From IMG/VR virus record IMGVR_UViG_2554235236_000002: a stretch of DNA of 42,166 bases, one strand, 5' to 3'. Below the pieces are notes generated by a model. The model worked only from the letters and a program-made list of their open reading frames with translations, made no database searches and was not told where the DNA came from. This stretch comes from a virus. Positions 19,701 through 27,602 of the stretch are shown in pieces. A program made the translations under genes and the position numbers. Position 1 is the stretch's first letter, and each line of letters starts with the position of its first letter.

Positions 19701-20665
19701 TCATTCAATTAATAAAGGGAGGCTGCTTTGATTCATTTGGGGAGAGAAAAGATTTAATGAAATCGTTTATTTCTTTAATCTCCGAACCTAAAAGTAAGCT
19801 AACCATGTCCAATTTGAAGATGCTTATTGAAAATGATTTAGTTCCAGGGGATTTTGCATTAGAAATACGGTTCTTTCGTTTCAAAGATTATATTTGCAAG
19901 AGAGTTTTTAAAAAGGTCGATTCACCAAAAGACAAATTATTGCTGCTTGATGATATAGCATCTACTTTCTATAATGAACACTTTGATGAAAGTAGCATAG
20001 TTGATGTACATAACGGTCATCTTGTGATATCTGAGAAGGGATTTAAAAAGGAATACGACAGAAAAATGCTGAAATTGAAAAATTGGATTGGAACCCAAGA
20101 GCCTTTAAAAAAGCTAAATGATTGTCTATTTAGACAAGAATGGGAAAAGTACGCAAACGGTTCATATGGAAAATGGGAGATGGACTCACTTAGTTATTAT
20201 TATCACGATCATGAGTTAAGCAATGTGAACTTTTCAAAGTACAGCATCGTTGATTTTCATAAACTGCCCGATGAACCAGTAAAAGGTCGACCATACAAGT
20301 GGAGAGGAAAAGAGCTTTATGAATATGAAACTCATAGAATTATAGGTACAGCTCTTGATCGAGATAAAAACAAACACACAATTACATTGTTAACACCAAC
20401 AGGAGTTGTTACAGTCAAACAGTGGGCTGGGAGCTTCAGTCATTACAATAAACAAATTTCACGAAACATAACCGGAAAGAAAGAAGTTGTTGAAAAGTCC
20501 TGGTATACAAGAGGCACACTGTTAATGTTTACTGGCTTTAGAAGAGGAAACAATTTTATCCCTAAGACATATAAGAATAGTGTCTATCAGCATACGGTGT
20601 GTAAAATCGAAGGTGTAGACGCTGAAGGAAATTTAATCTTAACCTCAGAAAGAAAGCAATTATAA
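16736..20665 (+). CDS. yorL: DNA polymerase III alpha subunit (DnaE-type)
   Basis: PHP domain (AITDH, TDAHY), RGSAAG, PDIDID, HAAG; RBS GGGAGG favours GTG at 16736; no intein visible. Confidence 0.95.
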   Translation: MIGCHCHTCKSNIRLLDSTNSVKGLLETALEMNYKGLAITDHEVLSAHLEAIQTVRSMKKEGEMPQDFKLILGNEAYLVDSLEEVRDSYQPGKTKFPHFLMLAVDEKGHEQLRILSSKAWENSFYTGTMERVPTVKKDVEDLLKKDPGHIIATTACLGSEVNIYLQKIMEVEKNDGDPELIKEYKLKIHQFITWCIDVFGKDKFFIELQPALSEEQIYCNKKLVQIADGYGLKRIVTTDAHYLRPEDRAIHQAFLNAKDGEREVDSFYEACFVQNVDEIHERMNYIDKEIVEEAIQNTLLIGEMIEDYTIEHEPIIPKMELPNFKLRHLFKPAYDKYEYIRKMSESKDDQDRYLLKLIEDGFENKLLKNDLTRDEFHKILTRINVELGELWEISQKLNQSMASYYVTVREIINIIWDDECGGDSLVGAARGSAAGFLINYLLDNTQINPMQYDLPHWRHIHKSRPDLPDIDIDTEGTKREKILKALRERFGEKRVLQIATFGTEGSKSALQTACRGLGIDNDISQFLSEMIPFERGSNWPLKHCFYGDVETGRKPIKEFIREVERYPNLKETALKIEGLTNKRSSHAAGVIIFNDKYTKSNAMMKTPKGAYITQFNMGDSEAMGSVKFDLLTIEALDKIRVTLDQLIENEEIQWQGSLKETYNKYIHPDVLEYEDARLWEMAGNGEIMDLFQFSTEVGHQAVIKVQPKNLLEAAVTNSLMRLMSDGEEQPVDTYVKYKNNLSLWYEEMRKYGLSDDAIKVVEKHLKDIYGVADTQEVVMQMVMDKEIAGFDIKESNYLRKSIAKKKEDVLKEVQKLFFKKGKEIGASDNLLNYVWNVQFKRQFGYSFSLLHTLAYSIIALQELNLNYRYNPLYWNTACLTVNSGGVENEEESDDPDKKKKTQKTDYGKVASAIGNIRRRGIKVDLPDINKAGFGFKADIENSSIIFGMKGMNGIGDEVVHQIISNRPYTDFDDFLERMYHSGIIKKGQVIQLIKGGCFDSFGERKDLMKSFISLISEPKSKLTMSNLKMLIENDLVPGDFALEIRFFRFKDYICKRVFKKVDSPKDKLLLLDDIASTFYNEHFDESSIVDVHNGHLVISEKGFKKEYDRKMLKLKNWIGTQEPLKKLNDCLFRQEWEKYANGSYGKWEMDSLSYYYHDHELSNVNFSKYSIVDFHKLPDEPVKGRPYKWRGKELYEYETHRIIGTALDRDKNKHTITLLTPTGVVTVKQWAGSFSHYNKQISRNITGKKEVVEKSWYTRGTLLMFTGFRRGNNFIPKTYKNSVYQHTVCKIEGVDAEGNLILTSERKQL

Positions 20666-20672
20666 TACGGAT

Positions 20673-21389
20673 GTGATGGAAATTTTCAAAAAACTGATAG
20701 ACTCAAACAAATTAAAAGTATATAATAAACGAAAAGAGTTGCAGATCTATTCTGTAATCTTTCTATTGGGGGTGGGATCAACATTAGGCTACAAGATGAT
20801 AGAGGAACATATCCAGCAGCAAAAGAAGGTTTCAATAAAAGAGCCATTTTATAAAAAACCAGACTTCATTCGTGAAGTGAAGTTAAAAAGGCAGCTGCTG
20901 CCTCATTTAGAGACTCGCCAAGAGATTATTGAAAAGGCACAAGATAAGTATTTACATATTAAAGTAGAAGAAGTTAAAAAAAATAAACCAAAAAGCAAAT
21001 TAAAAGAAAATACAAAGAGTAAAGTTTCTAAACCCAAGCAAAAGACTCAAAAGAGGCCTCACGAACAAAATCAAGTCATTAAAATGGAGGCCACGGCTTA
21101 TGTTCCATTTTGCGATACTGGCTGTATAGGGACAACTAAAACAGGCTATGACGTGTCAAATACAATTTACTATAAAGGGAAAAGAGTGATTGCAGTTGAT
21201 CCATCTGTAATTCCTCTGCACTCTTTAGTGAAGGTATCTTATAATAACGATTCGTTTGAGGCTTATGCTATAGATACAGGAGGTGATATTAAAGGAAATC
21301 GAATCGATCTTCTTGTTCAATCAGAATCAATCGCTAGAGATTTTGGTCGAAGAAATGTTGATGTGAGTATCATTACAAAAGGGAGCTGA
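20673..21389 (+). CDS. yorM: 3D-domain cell-wall protein with N-terminal TM segment
   Basis: ATAY, IAVDPSVIPL, DTGGDIKGNRID. Confidence 0.88.
   Translation: MMEIFKKLIDSNKLKVYNKRKELQIYSVIFLLGVGSTLGYKMIEEHIQQQKKVSIKEPFYKKPDFIREVKLKRQLLPHLETRQEIIEKAQDKYLHIKVEEVKKNKPKSKLKENTKSKVSKPKQKTQKRPHEQNQVIKMEATAYVPFCDTGCIGTTKTGYDVSNTIYYKGKRVIAVDPSVIPLHSLVKVSYNNDSFEAYAIDTGGDIKGNRIDLLVQSESIARDFGRRNVDVSIITKGS
20698..20726 (+). promoter_or_regulatory. Conserved phage promoter, copy 2 (inside yorM 5' end)
   Basis: TAGACT-CAAACAAATTAAAAGTA(17)-TATAAT. Confidence 0.8.
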
Positions 21390-21393
21390 TTGA

Positions 21394-21609
21394 TTGCCAA
21401 AGTATTGGACTTACAATGTGAATGATGAAGTAGAAATTAATAGTAATGCAAAGTATGGTATGCCTTCATTTGTTGGACTTAAGGGCGTTATCATTGCTAA
21501 GGTAAACAGCTGGCAATATGATTATGATGTACTTCATTACAACGGTGAGATTGGGAGATACAAAGAATCAGAATTGAATTTAATACATAAAGTGAGTGAT
21601 ACATATTGA
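21394..21609 (+). CDS. yorP: YorP family small beta-barrel protein
   Basis: MPKYW start, 71 aa, synteny. Confidence 0.75.
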   Translation: MPKYWTYNVNDEVEINSNAKYGMPSFVGLKGVIIAKVNSWQYDYDVLHYNGEIGRYKESELNLIHKVSDTY

Positions 21610-21758
21610 GATTGAATCAAAAGGCTTTTGTAGATGAAATGGGGACAGGCGTTGTCTCTTACATAGATTATGAGAATAAAAGAGTTGGTATTGAGTTTGA
21701 TGGTATCGGTTATGAGGAATATGATTTTGAGGATAAAGATCTCATCTTATTACAGTAA
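21606..21758 (+). CDS. Small hypothetical protein (50 aa)
   Basis: Manual translation MRLNQKAFVDEMGTGVVSYIDY...; overlaps yorP stop. Confidence 0.6.
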   Translation: MRLNQKAFVDEMGTGVVSYIDYENKRVGIEFDGIGYEEYDFEDKDLILLQ

Positions 21759-21777
21759 TTAAAAGGAGTTGATTGGT

Positions 21778-21939
21778 TTGTATAAAGTCGATGAGAAGGT
21801 AATTGTTAATCTCTCCGGTGAAAAAGCAACTGTAAAAACAGTGGATGAACGATATCATCAAGTAGAAGTTCAATATGAAGATGGATCTTATGAAGTATTG
21901 GGATGGCACAAAGTCAGAAGGGAGGTGGATGAATGCTAA
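21778..21939 (+). CDS. Small hypothetical protein (53 aa)
   Basis: Manual translation MYKVDEKVIVNLSGEKATV...; RBS AAAGGAG. Confidence 0.65.
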   Translation: MYKVDEKVIVNLSGEKATVKTVDERYHQVEVQYEDGSYEVLGWHKVRREVDEC

Positions 21940-22517
21940 TAATTTTAGAGGGAGCCAGGGGGACTGGAAAGTCTTCAGTTGCATATAAACTTAGGCAACG
22001 GTTGAAGCATAGTACATTGATTAATCCAACAGGATTTCATGAAGATGGTGATAAGGGACTTGCTAAGATTTCAAATTATTACGAAGGAATATTCGACCTC
22101 TTATACAAATGGAAGGCAAGAGTAAACGATTATACAACGATATTGGATCGTTTCTTCCCAACGGAGATGGTGTTCTCATCCCTATATAAGCAATATAATT
22201 TTCATCAAAAATTTAAGAGTCTTTGTAAACTGCTGCCCACACTGGATGATGATATTTACATTTTCTTTTTTACGGTATCGAATAAGGAAGTTTTAAAAGA
22301 AAGACTAAACAGAGATAAGATTCAGTTTGGGCAAGTGGAAGAAAGTGTAGAAGAGTCATTAAAGCAACAAGACGCTTATTATAAATACATAAACAAATTA
22401 AAAGAATATGTTGATTGGTTTGAAAAGGGAAGTATGAAAATCATCGAGATTGATACGGCTTATTTGTCTCAGGATGACGTTATTAACTTTGTAATTAGGC
22501 GTATAAAAAAGGAGTGA
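21933..22517 (+). CDS. yorR: Nucleoside monophosphate (thymidylate-like) kinase
   Basis: IILEGARGTGKS P-loop, LDRF motif. Confidence 0.75.
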   Translation: MLIILEGARGTGKSSVAYKLRQRLKHSTLINPTGFHEDGDKGLAKISNYYEGIFDLLYKWKARVNDYTTILDRFFPTEMVFSSLYKQYNFHQKFKSLCKLLPTLDDDIYIFFFTVSNKEVLKERLNRDKIQFGQVEESVEESLKQQDAYYKYINKLKEYVDWFEKGSMKIIEIDTAYLSQDDVINFVIRRIKKE

Positions 22518-22532
22518 ATAATCACTCCTTTT
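22507..22532. terminator. Bidirectional terminator
   Basis: AAAAGGAGTGA-ATAA-TCACTCCTTTT between convergent genes. Confidence 0.85.
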
Positions 22533-22541
22533 ACCAAGAAT

Positions 22542-22886
22542 TTATCGAGGTTCTACAGTAATCTTATAAATCACATAGTTATCATTGATATCATAAGCAT
22601 AAACCAATGCTGTACCGAGTGAAGAATGGGAAGATACGACACCACCAGGGCTTATGCTAATAAGATGGCTACCAGAAACTATTTCCCATCTTGTATAGCC
22701 ATTTAACAACAAAACATTAGAATTCCTTAGCATATGGAAATCTACTGTTCCAATGGCATCGGCAGGTTTTACAACTTGTTTAATTTGTGCTGGCTCTTGG
22801 GCATATGCTTGATTTGTCAGCGCTGGAAGAGCTAATGAAGAAATAGATAATGCTGAAACAATCAATCCTTTGTAAAACTTATTCAT
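22542..22886 (-). CDS. Secreted Ig-like protein (YjdB-like)
   Basis: Signal peptide ending AYA; beta-rich body; extended -10 TGATATACT at about 22925-22933. Confidence 0.7.
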   Translation of the reverse strand: MNKFYKGLIVSALSISSLALPALTNQAYAQEPAQIKQVVKPADAIGTVDFHMLRNSNVLLLNGYTRWEIVSGSHLISISPGGVVSSHSSLGTALVYAYDINDNYVIYKITVEPR

Positions 22887-22968
22887 AAGATTTACCCCCT
22901 AGGTTTTGATTGAGTTACAAGTCTAGTATATCATGTAAAAATTTAGTAATGTGTGAAGTGTTTGTGAA

Positions 22969-22996
22969 ACTGAATAAAATATCAATTTTAAACAGA
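22969..22996. repeat. 28-bp boundary site, copy 8
   Basis: ACTGAATAAAA-TATCAA-TTTTAAACAGA. Confidence 0.85.
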
Positions 22997-23021
22997 CTAT
23001 AAAAGAGAAAGGTAAGTGAAT

Positions 23022-23195
23022 TTGGGAGAGAATTATTTTAGAGTATTGTGGAATGGAACAAGGGTTAATCTTAAGTTTCCAACTAAACAGAAAGCTATTG
23101 CATACATAAACAGAAGAAGAGCATTTAATTGTGAGATTCAAGAGCGAACACAAGATCATAAGCTTGTGAACAGTTGGATCATCCATACATATTGA
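23022..23195 (+). CDS. Small hypothetical protein (57 aa)
   Basis: Manual translation MGENYFRVLWNG...IIHTY; RBS GAAAGG. Confidence 0.6.
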   Translation: MGENYFRVLWNGTRVNLKFPTKQKAIAYINRRRAFNCEIQERTQDHKLVNSWIIHTY

Positions 23196-23396
23196 TTGGG
23201 GGAGGGTACTATCAACTACTACGCTTATAATTTCATATTAGATAACTTAGATTTGATCGAGAAAAGACTTGATGATCTTCATACATATCTAGAGAATACT
23301 TTTACATATGAGGAAAGAAAAGTGTGGAATCGTGCTGACAAGGATTTGATTTTTGCACTTATGAAAATCGAAGAAATTAAAAACGACATTCGCTAA
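23196..23396 (+). CDS. Hypothetical phage protein
   Basis: ORF track; start uncertain. Confidence 0.55.
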   Translation: MGEGTINYYAYNFILDNLDLIEKRLDDLHTYLENTFTYEERKVWNRADKDLIFALMKIEEIKNDIR

Positions 23397-23403
23397 TTTT
23401 TTA

Positions 23404-23432
23404 TAGACAAACACAAATTAAAAGTATATAAT
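23404..23432 (+). promoter_or_regulatory. Conserved phage promoter, copy 3
   Basis: TAGACA-AACACAAATTAAAAGTA-TATAAT, identical to copy 1. Confidence 0.9.
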
Positions 23433-23455
23433 ATTTTCATAGTTAAGAGGTATTT

Positions 23456-23677
23456 ATGAACTACATATGCGATATTTGCAGTGGCTATACAACTCACCCA
23501 ATGTGCATAAGGATTTCTGAAGAGAAAGTAAGAACAGCAGAGGACAAAGTTGAAATCAACTGCTGTAAGAAATGTGGTGAGGCTCTTTTCAAAAGAGTTA
23601 AAAAAGAGTGCAAAGGGATGACTATAAGGAAAACTGTAAACCATTTAAATCTAAATAAACTAATTAAAAGTAATTAA
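23456..23677 (+). CDS. Zinc-binding hypothetical protein
   Basis: CDIC...CKKC; RBS GAGGT. Confidence 0.8.
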   Translation: MNYICDICSGYTTHPMCIRISEEKVRTAEDKVEINCCKKCGEALFKRVKKECKGMTIRKTVNHLNLNKLIKSN

Positions 23678-23885
23678 ATGTCGTGATTGGGGTTGAGGTG
23701 GTCATTGGTTGATTGAAAATGGGACGGTAAAACACCTAAAGAAACAGGAACGAATTCAATGATTCAACTTCCACTGAATGAAAAGAAATAAGGGAAATAG
23801 GGGAGTTATTCCCCTTTGAAAATTTCCCAGGCAAGCGCACATAACGACAAATGTAAACAAAAAGAAAACAAAGGGAGATGAACGT

Positions 23886-24356
23886 ATGCAAACATTAGAT
23901 GCACCAATTTACGAAGTTAAACAGGAGAGCGACTGGTATAGGTCTGAGAAGAAACGAAAAGAAGACATTAACTCATTCTTTGATAAATTTGAAGAAAAGT
24001 ATGGAGTCAAAGAGGGTTTTTCGTTTTATCACTCTGAGTATTTCGGAGTCTACGAAGGAACAGAAGCGTATGACGTATTTAAAAACGACATTGTTAAAAA
24101 TCCAGTAGACGGATTCTATGCTTTCAAAAAACGATCTAAGTTCTTCAAAGAAATAAAAACTATGATTGAGCAAATTGAAGAAGTGAATCCATTTAGGTCT
24201 CATGATGAACTAGGGTTAAACAACATGACTGGTCGTCAATGGATAGATGACAGATGGTTCTTTGGAGTTAAAAGTGAAAAACTTGTTAAAGGAGGCAGTG
24301 TAGTTGCTATTGATTATAAAGATTATCTGAAAATTGTAATGGAGCATTTAGATTAA
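23886..24356 (+). CDS. Hypothetical phage protein (156 aa)
   Basis: RBS AAGGGAG. Confidence 0.85.
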   Translation: MQTLDAPIYEVKQESDWYRSEKKRKEDINSFFDKFEEKYGVKEGFSFYHSEYFGVYEGTEAYDVFKNDIVKNPVDGFYAFKKRSKFFKEIKTMIEQIEEVNPFRSHDELGLNNMTGRQWIDDRWFFGVKSEKLVKGGSVVAIDYKDYLKIVMEHLD

Positions 24357-24375
24357 AATTCAAATTTTATTGAGA
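24348..24375. repeat. 28-bp boundary site, copy 9
   Basis: TTAGATTAAAA-TTCAAA-TTTTATTGAGA; contains the upstream stop codon. Confidence 0.85.
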
Positions 24376-24389
24376 AGGGAAGAGGGAGT

Positions 24390-24515
24390 ATGAAAGATAA
24401 ATTAAAAATTGCTGTGCACCATATTGAAGTAAATAGAGAGACAATGAGTGATAAGGCAGCACTTGACTTGTTCATTAAAGCAATCAAGAAAATCATAGCA
24501 GAAGCGGATGTTTGA
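24390..24515 (+). CDS. Small hypothetical protein (41 aa)
   Basis: Manual translation MKDKLKIAVHH...EADV; RBS GAGGGAG. Confidence 0.6.
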   Translation: MKDKLKIAVHHIEVNRETMSDKAALDLFIKAIKKIIAEADV

Positions 24516-24534
24516 TTTTAAGGAGGTGAGATTT

Positions 24535-24897
24535 TTGAATTTATTCAGTAGAGGTAAAACAAGCACATTCATTAGCGGTAACGGTAAGGTCAATATTAAT
24601 GGGGTTACATATGAAGGAAATAGCATTACGATAACCAATAACGAAGTTCTTATTGATGGGAAGGCTGTAGAGAACTCTGTATCTGGAGTGGTTAAGATTA
24701 AAATTGAAGGCAATCCCGCAAAAGTTTATTCTGATGCTTCTGTTGAAGTAAAGGGTGATGTTTTAGGTGACGTTGATTCTGGAGGAAGTGTAAATTGCGG
24801 CAATGTTAAAGGGAAAGTAGATGCTGGGGGAAGTGTCCGTTGTGGAACTGTAGGCGGAAGTGTAGACGCGGGTGGCAGTGTAAGCATGAGAAGGTGA
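24535..24897 (+). CDS. Beta-solenoid repeat protein
   Basis: Three 15-aa GxVDxGGSVxCGxVx repeats; RBS AGGAGGTG before TTG at 24535. Confidence 0.75.
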   Translation: MNLFSRGKTSTFISGNGKVNINGVTYEGNSITITNNEVLIDGKAVENSVSGVVKIKIEGNPAKVYSDASVEVKGDVLGDVDSGGSVNCGNVKGKVDAGGSVRCGTVGGSVDAGGSVSMRR

Positions 24898-24911
24898 AAG
24901 GAGCTGAATAA

Positions 24912-25043
24912 ATGTCGAATGTGAATATAAAAGATTCTGCTACGATTATTTTTAAAAAGAGTCCATCTGGAGAAACAGTGGATGAAATAAAGGTGGTTAC
25001 TATGCCGTCGAAGATAGCTGGTCAAAAGTTTTATTTTAACTAA
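24912..25043 (+). CDS. Small hypothetical protein (43 aa)
   Basis: Manual translation MSNVNIKDS...KFYFN; RBS AAAGGAG. Confidence 0.55.
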   Translation: MSNVNIKDSATIIFKKSPSGETVDEIKVVTMPSKIAGQKFYFN

Positions 25044-25044
25044 A
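25017..25044. repeat. 28-bp boundary site, copy 10
   Basis: GCTGGTCAAAA-GTTTTA-TTTTAACTAAA. Confidence 0.65.
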
Positions 25045-25055
25045 AAACAAAAAGG

Positions 25056-25742
25056 GTGATGAAAATGGATTTAAATTTAATTATAAATGACACTCTTACA
25101 GAATTAAAAGATCAAGGATACGTTGAGAAAATTGTAAGGAAGCAACTTGAAGAAACCATTCAAGATATTATTAAAGATTCTTTTAAAAGTTGGAGTGACT
25201 TTGGGAAAGAATTGAAGCAGCAAGTTCAAGATCAGATACAATTTAATTTAGAAAGTTTGGATATTCCATCTTACAACCAAGTTATTGTAAATATCATAAG
25301 AGATGAATTAGAGCGATCTGTCCATGAGGAAGGGGGAAGACGTATTCAAGAAAGTATCCGGGATATTTTGGGTACTGCAAAAGAAGAATACAAGCTGTCT
25401 GAACTTATCAATGAAATCGTAGAGCAAGATTGTGAACTGAATGAACTGCACTATGATGATTACAAAGAGATCACTGTAATTGTTGAAAATAAATATGGTG
25501 GTAAATACATTTATATCGATCCAGAAGAAGACCAAGACTGGTACAGATGCAAATATCGATTAACACTTGACAACGATTTAACAGTCACACGAGCAGAAAT
25601 TAATGATAGGGCTTTTGATAATAAGACAATCATGGGCGGATTATATGGCGCAGATGCAACTATTTTCAAAATGTGGACTCGTAAATCAAAGTTGATTATC
25701 GATAATTATCAGACGAGCTTTACCAACCCAGAATATGAGTGA
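25056..25742 (+). CDS. Hypothetical phage protein (about 225 aa)
   Basis: ORF track; start may be a few codons downstream. Confidence 0.85.
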   Translation: MMKMDLNLIINDTLTELKDQGYVEKIVRKQLEETIQDIIKDSFKSWSDFGKELKQQVQDQIQFNLESLDIPSYNQVIVNIIRDELERSVHEEGGRRIQESIRDILGTAKEEYKLSELINEIVEQDCELNELHYDDYKEITVIVENKYGGKYIYIDPEEDQDWYRCKYRLTLDNDLTVTRAEINDRAFDNKTIMGGLYGADATIFKMWTRKSKLIIDNYQTSFTNPEYE

Positions 25743-25758
25743 TTGGTGCCCTACATAG

Positions 25759-25786
25759 TTTAAATAAAAGGATGATTTCAAACAGA
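25759..25786. repeat. 28-bp boundary site, copy 11
   Basis: TTTAAATAAAA-GGATGA-TTTCAAACAGA. Confidence 0.8.
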
Positions 25787-25800
25787 AAGAAGCGATTCAA

Positions 25801-26013
25801 ATGGACACTTATGATTTTATCTTATGCAATTTTAAACACTATAAAGGTGGCATCTATAAGGTTATTGGCGAAGTTATTCATTCAGAAACAGAAGAAATAC
25901 TAGTTGTATACGATGATATGAATGGCACTGTGTGGGCAAGACCTAAGGACATGTTCTTTGGAAAAGTTGTTGTTGATGGAAAAGAGATTAAAAGGTTCAC
26001 AAAAATAAATTAG
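25801..26013 (+). CDS. DUF1653-like protein
   Basis: HYKGGxY...HSETxExLVVY...WARPxxMF. Confidence 0.85.
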   Translation: MDTYDFILCNFKHYKGGIYKVIGEVIHSETEEILVVYDDMNGTVWARPKDMFFGKVVVDGKEIKRFTKIN

Positions 26014-26029
26014 GAGATGAAGTAACAAG

Positions 26030-26296
26030 ATGAAATTCTTTGAGCTGTGTGACCCATACTACGCATTAATTAAAGCAAATACAAAAGAAAGGGCATTGAA
26101 GCTTTACACAGAAGCAGTTGCAGACGATACTGGAGAATTGAGCGATGAGATGAGAGAGGTAGGTCAAGTGTATGCAGCAATTAAACATGGAAGAGCTCCT
26201 GGAGAAGATAAAGAACTCGTCCCGTTTGATCAAGCTCTTGAAGAAATTTCGAATGATGAAGAAATGGTGTTGATTATTGATGGTGGATTACTTTAA
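26030..26296 (+). CDS. Hypothetical phage protein (88 aa)
   Basis: ORF track; RBS AGGAG. Confidence 0.8.
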   Translation: MKFFELCDPYYALIKANTKERALKLYTEAVADDTGELSDEMREVGQVYAAIKHGRAPGEDKELVPFDQALEEISNDEEMVLIIDGGLL

Positions 26297-26401
26297 TTAG
26301 GACATATGACGTGCAATTGAAGCTCATGAAGATGCTGTAGTTGCTCAGGAGGAAAATGGAGTGCCACATGAGGTGAAAGAACTCCAATAAAACCAGGAGG
26401 A

Positions 26402-26581
26402 ATGAACATGGAGCTTGAGGCTAGACTAGCAATACACAACGATACAGACAATACAAATCCAAAAGGAAAACTCATCGTAAAACCAAACGGAGAATATGTA
26501 GACTTTAAATTTGATGATTATGGTCGTGAAGTTTCAGTATTGGCTGATGAATTAAGAGCCGTGCTTAATATAGGGAAATGA
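26402..26581 (+). CDS. Small hypothetical protein
   Basis: Manual translation MNMELEARLAIH...LNIGK; RBS AGGAGG. Confidence 0.65.
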   Translation: MNMELEARLAIHNDTDNTNPKGKLIVKPNGEYVDFKFDDYGREVSVLADELRAVLNIGK

Positions 26582-26594
26582 AAGGAGGAAGATT

Positions 26595-26801
26595 ATGAGT
26601 AACCATTTCAAATTTAAACTGTCAGAAAAAATACAATCAAATTCTGACGTCGACTTCAGTAGAGTTGTATTCGAGGCAAAAAGAAGGGGTAATGCTGACT
26701 TGTATGATGTGACTAACAACATGTATGACGAAGCTTTTATTTATACAAAGACGAATGTAGATCAATATATCGAAAATGGTGATTGGATTCTAATAATCTA
26801 A
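26595..26801 (+). CDS. Hypothetical phage protein (68 aa)
   Basis: RBS AAAGGAGG. Confidence 0.8.
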   Translation: MSNHFKFKLSEKIQSNSDVDFSRVVFEAKRRGNADLYDVTNNMYDEAFIYTKTNVDQYIENGDWILII

Positions 26802-26824
26802 ATAAAATCATAATATTATATACT
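26797..26824. repeat. 28-bp boundary site, copy 12 (degenerate)
   Basis: TCTAAATAAAA-TCATAA-TATTATATACT. Confidence 0.6.
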
Positions 26825-26853
26825 AATTAAAAGTAATATAAGGAGGAAGGATT

Positions 26854-27201
26854 ATGGGTGCTGCTAAAAAACTGTATGTGAAAAAAGATCAACTTGTGAG
26901 CATTGAAGAAGCTAAAAGTAATATGACAATACATACACCGGAAGGCTATTCTGTCCCTGTAGCAGTGGGAGAGCTTGTGGCCACCAATCCAAAAGGAGAG
27001 CAATACGTAGTACCTAAAAGCTACAGGAACAAATATGTCGAAGTCAAACAATTTAAGGATGCTTCATTATACGAGTCAATGGCAAAAGGATATCAAGAAA
27101 TGGCTGCAATTAATTTAGAAGAGGCAAGCACTGGGTTTTCTGCGGAAAATCAAGCAGAAGAAATCACAGAGAAATTTGTTTCAGGAAGTATAAACGAATA
27201 A
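26854..27201 (+). CDS. Hypothetical protein upstream of nrdI
   Basis: RBS AAGGAGG; yosL position. Confidence 0.8.
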   Translation: MGAAKKLYVKKDQLVSIEEAKSNMTIHTPEGYSVPVAVGELVATNPKGEQYVVPKSYRNKYVEVKQFKDASLYESMAKGYQEMAAINLEEASTGFSAENQAEEITEKFVSGSINE

Positions 27202-27602
27202 TGCTTGTTACATATGAAAGCATGACAGGTAATGTTAGAAGATTTGTAAGAAAGTTTGAGCAAAAAATGCAAATTAAAACTATGGAAATCACTGAGGATT
27301 TAAAGGTTGATGAGCCATTCATACATATTACATACACAATTAAATTCGGGCAAATTCCTGAAAAAACTCAGAAGTTTATACATAATAATAAAGATTTTTT
27401 GTACGGGGTTTGTTCAAGTGGGAATCGAAATTGGGGAAGCTATTATGCTGCGGCTGCAGATAAACTCTCACAACATTATCAAGTACCAGTACTTCTTAAG
27501 TTTGAATTAAGTGGATCAGATTCAGACTTGGACAAGTTAATACAGGAGGTTAAGTTTATTGACAGTAATCAATCAGGTGCCAAAGTGGGTTCAACTGAAT
27601 AA
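27201..27602 (+). CDS. nrdI: Class Ib RNR flavodoxin
   Basis: YESMTGNVRRFV, SSGNRNWG, KFELSG. Confidence 0.95.
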   Translation: MLVTYESMTGNVRRFVRKFEQKMQIKTMEITEDLKVDEPFIHITYTIKFGQIPEKTQKFIHNNKDFLYGVCSSGNRNWGSYYAAAADKLSQHYQVPVLLKFELSGSDSDLDKLIQEVKFIDSNQSGAKVGSTE

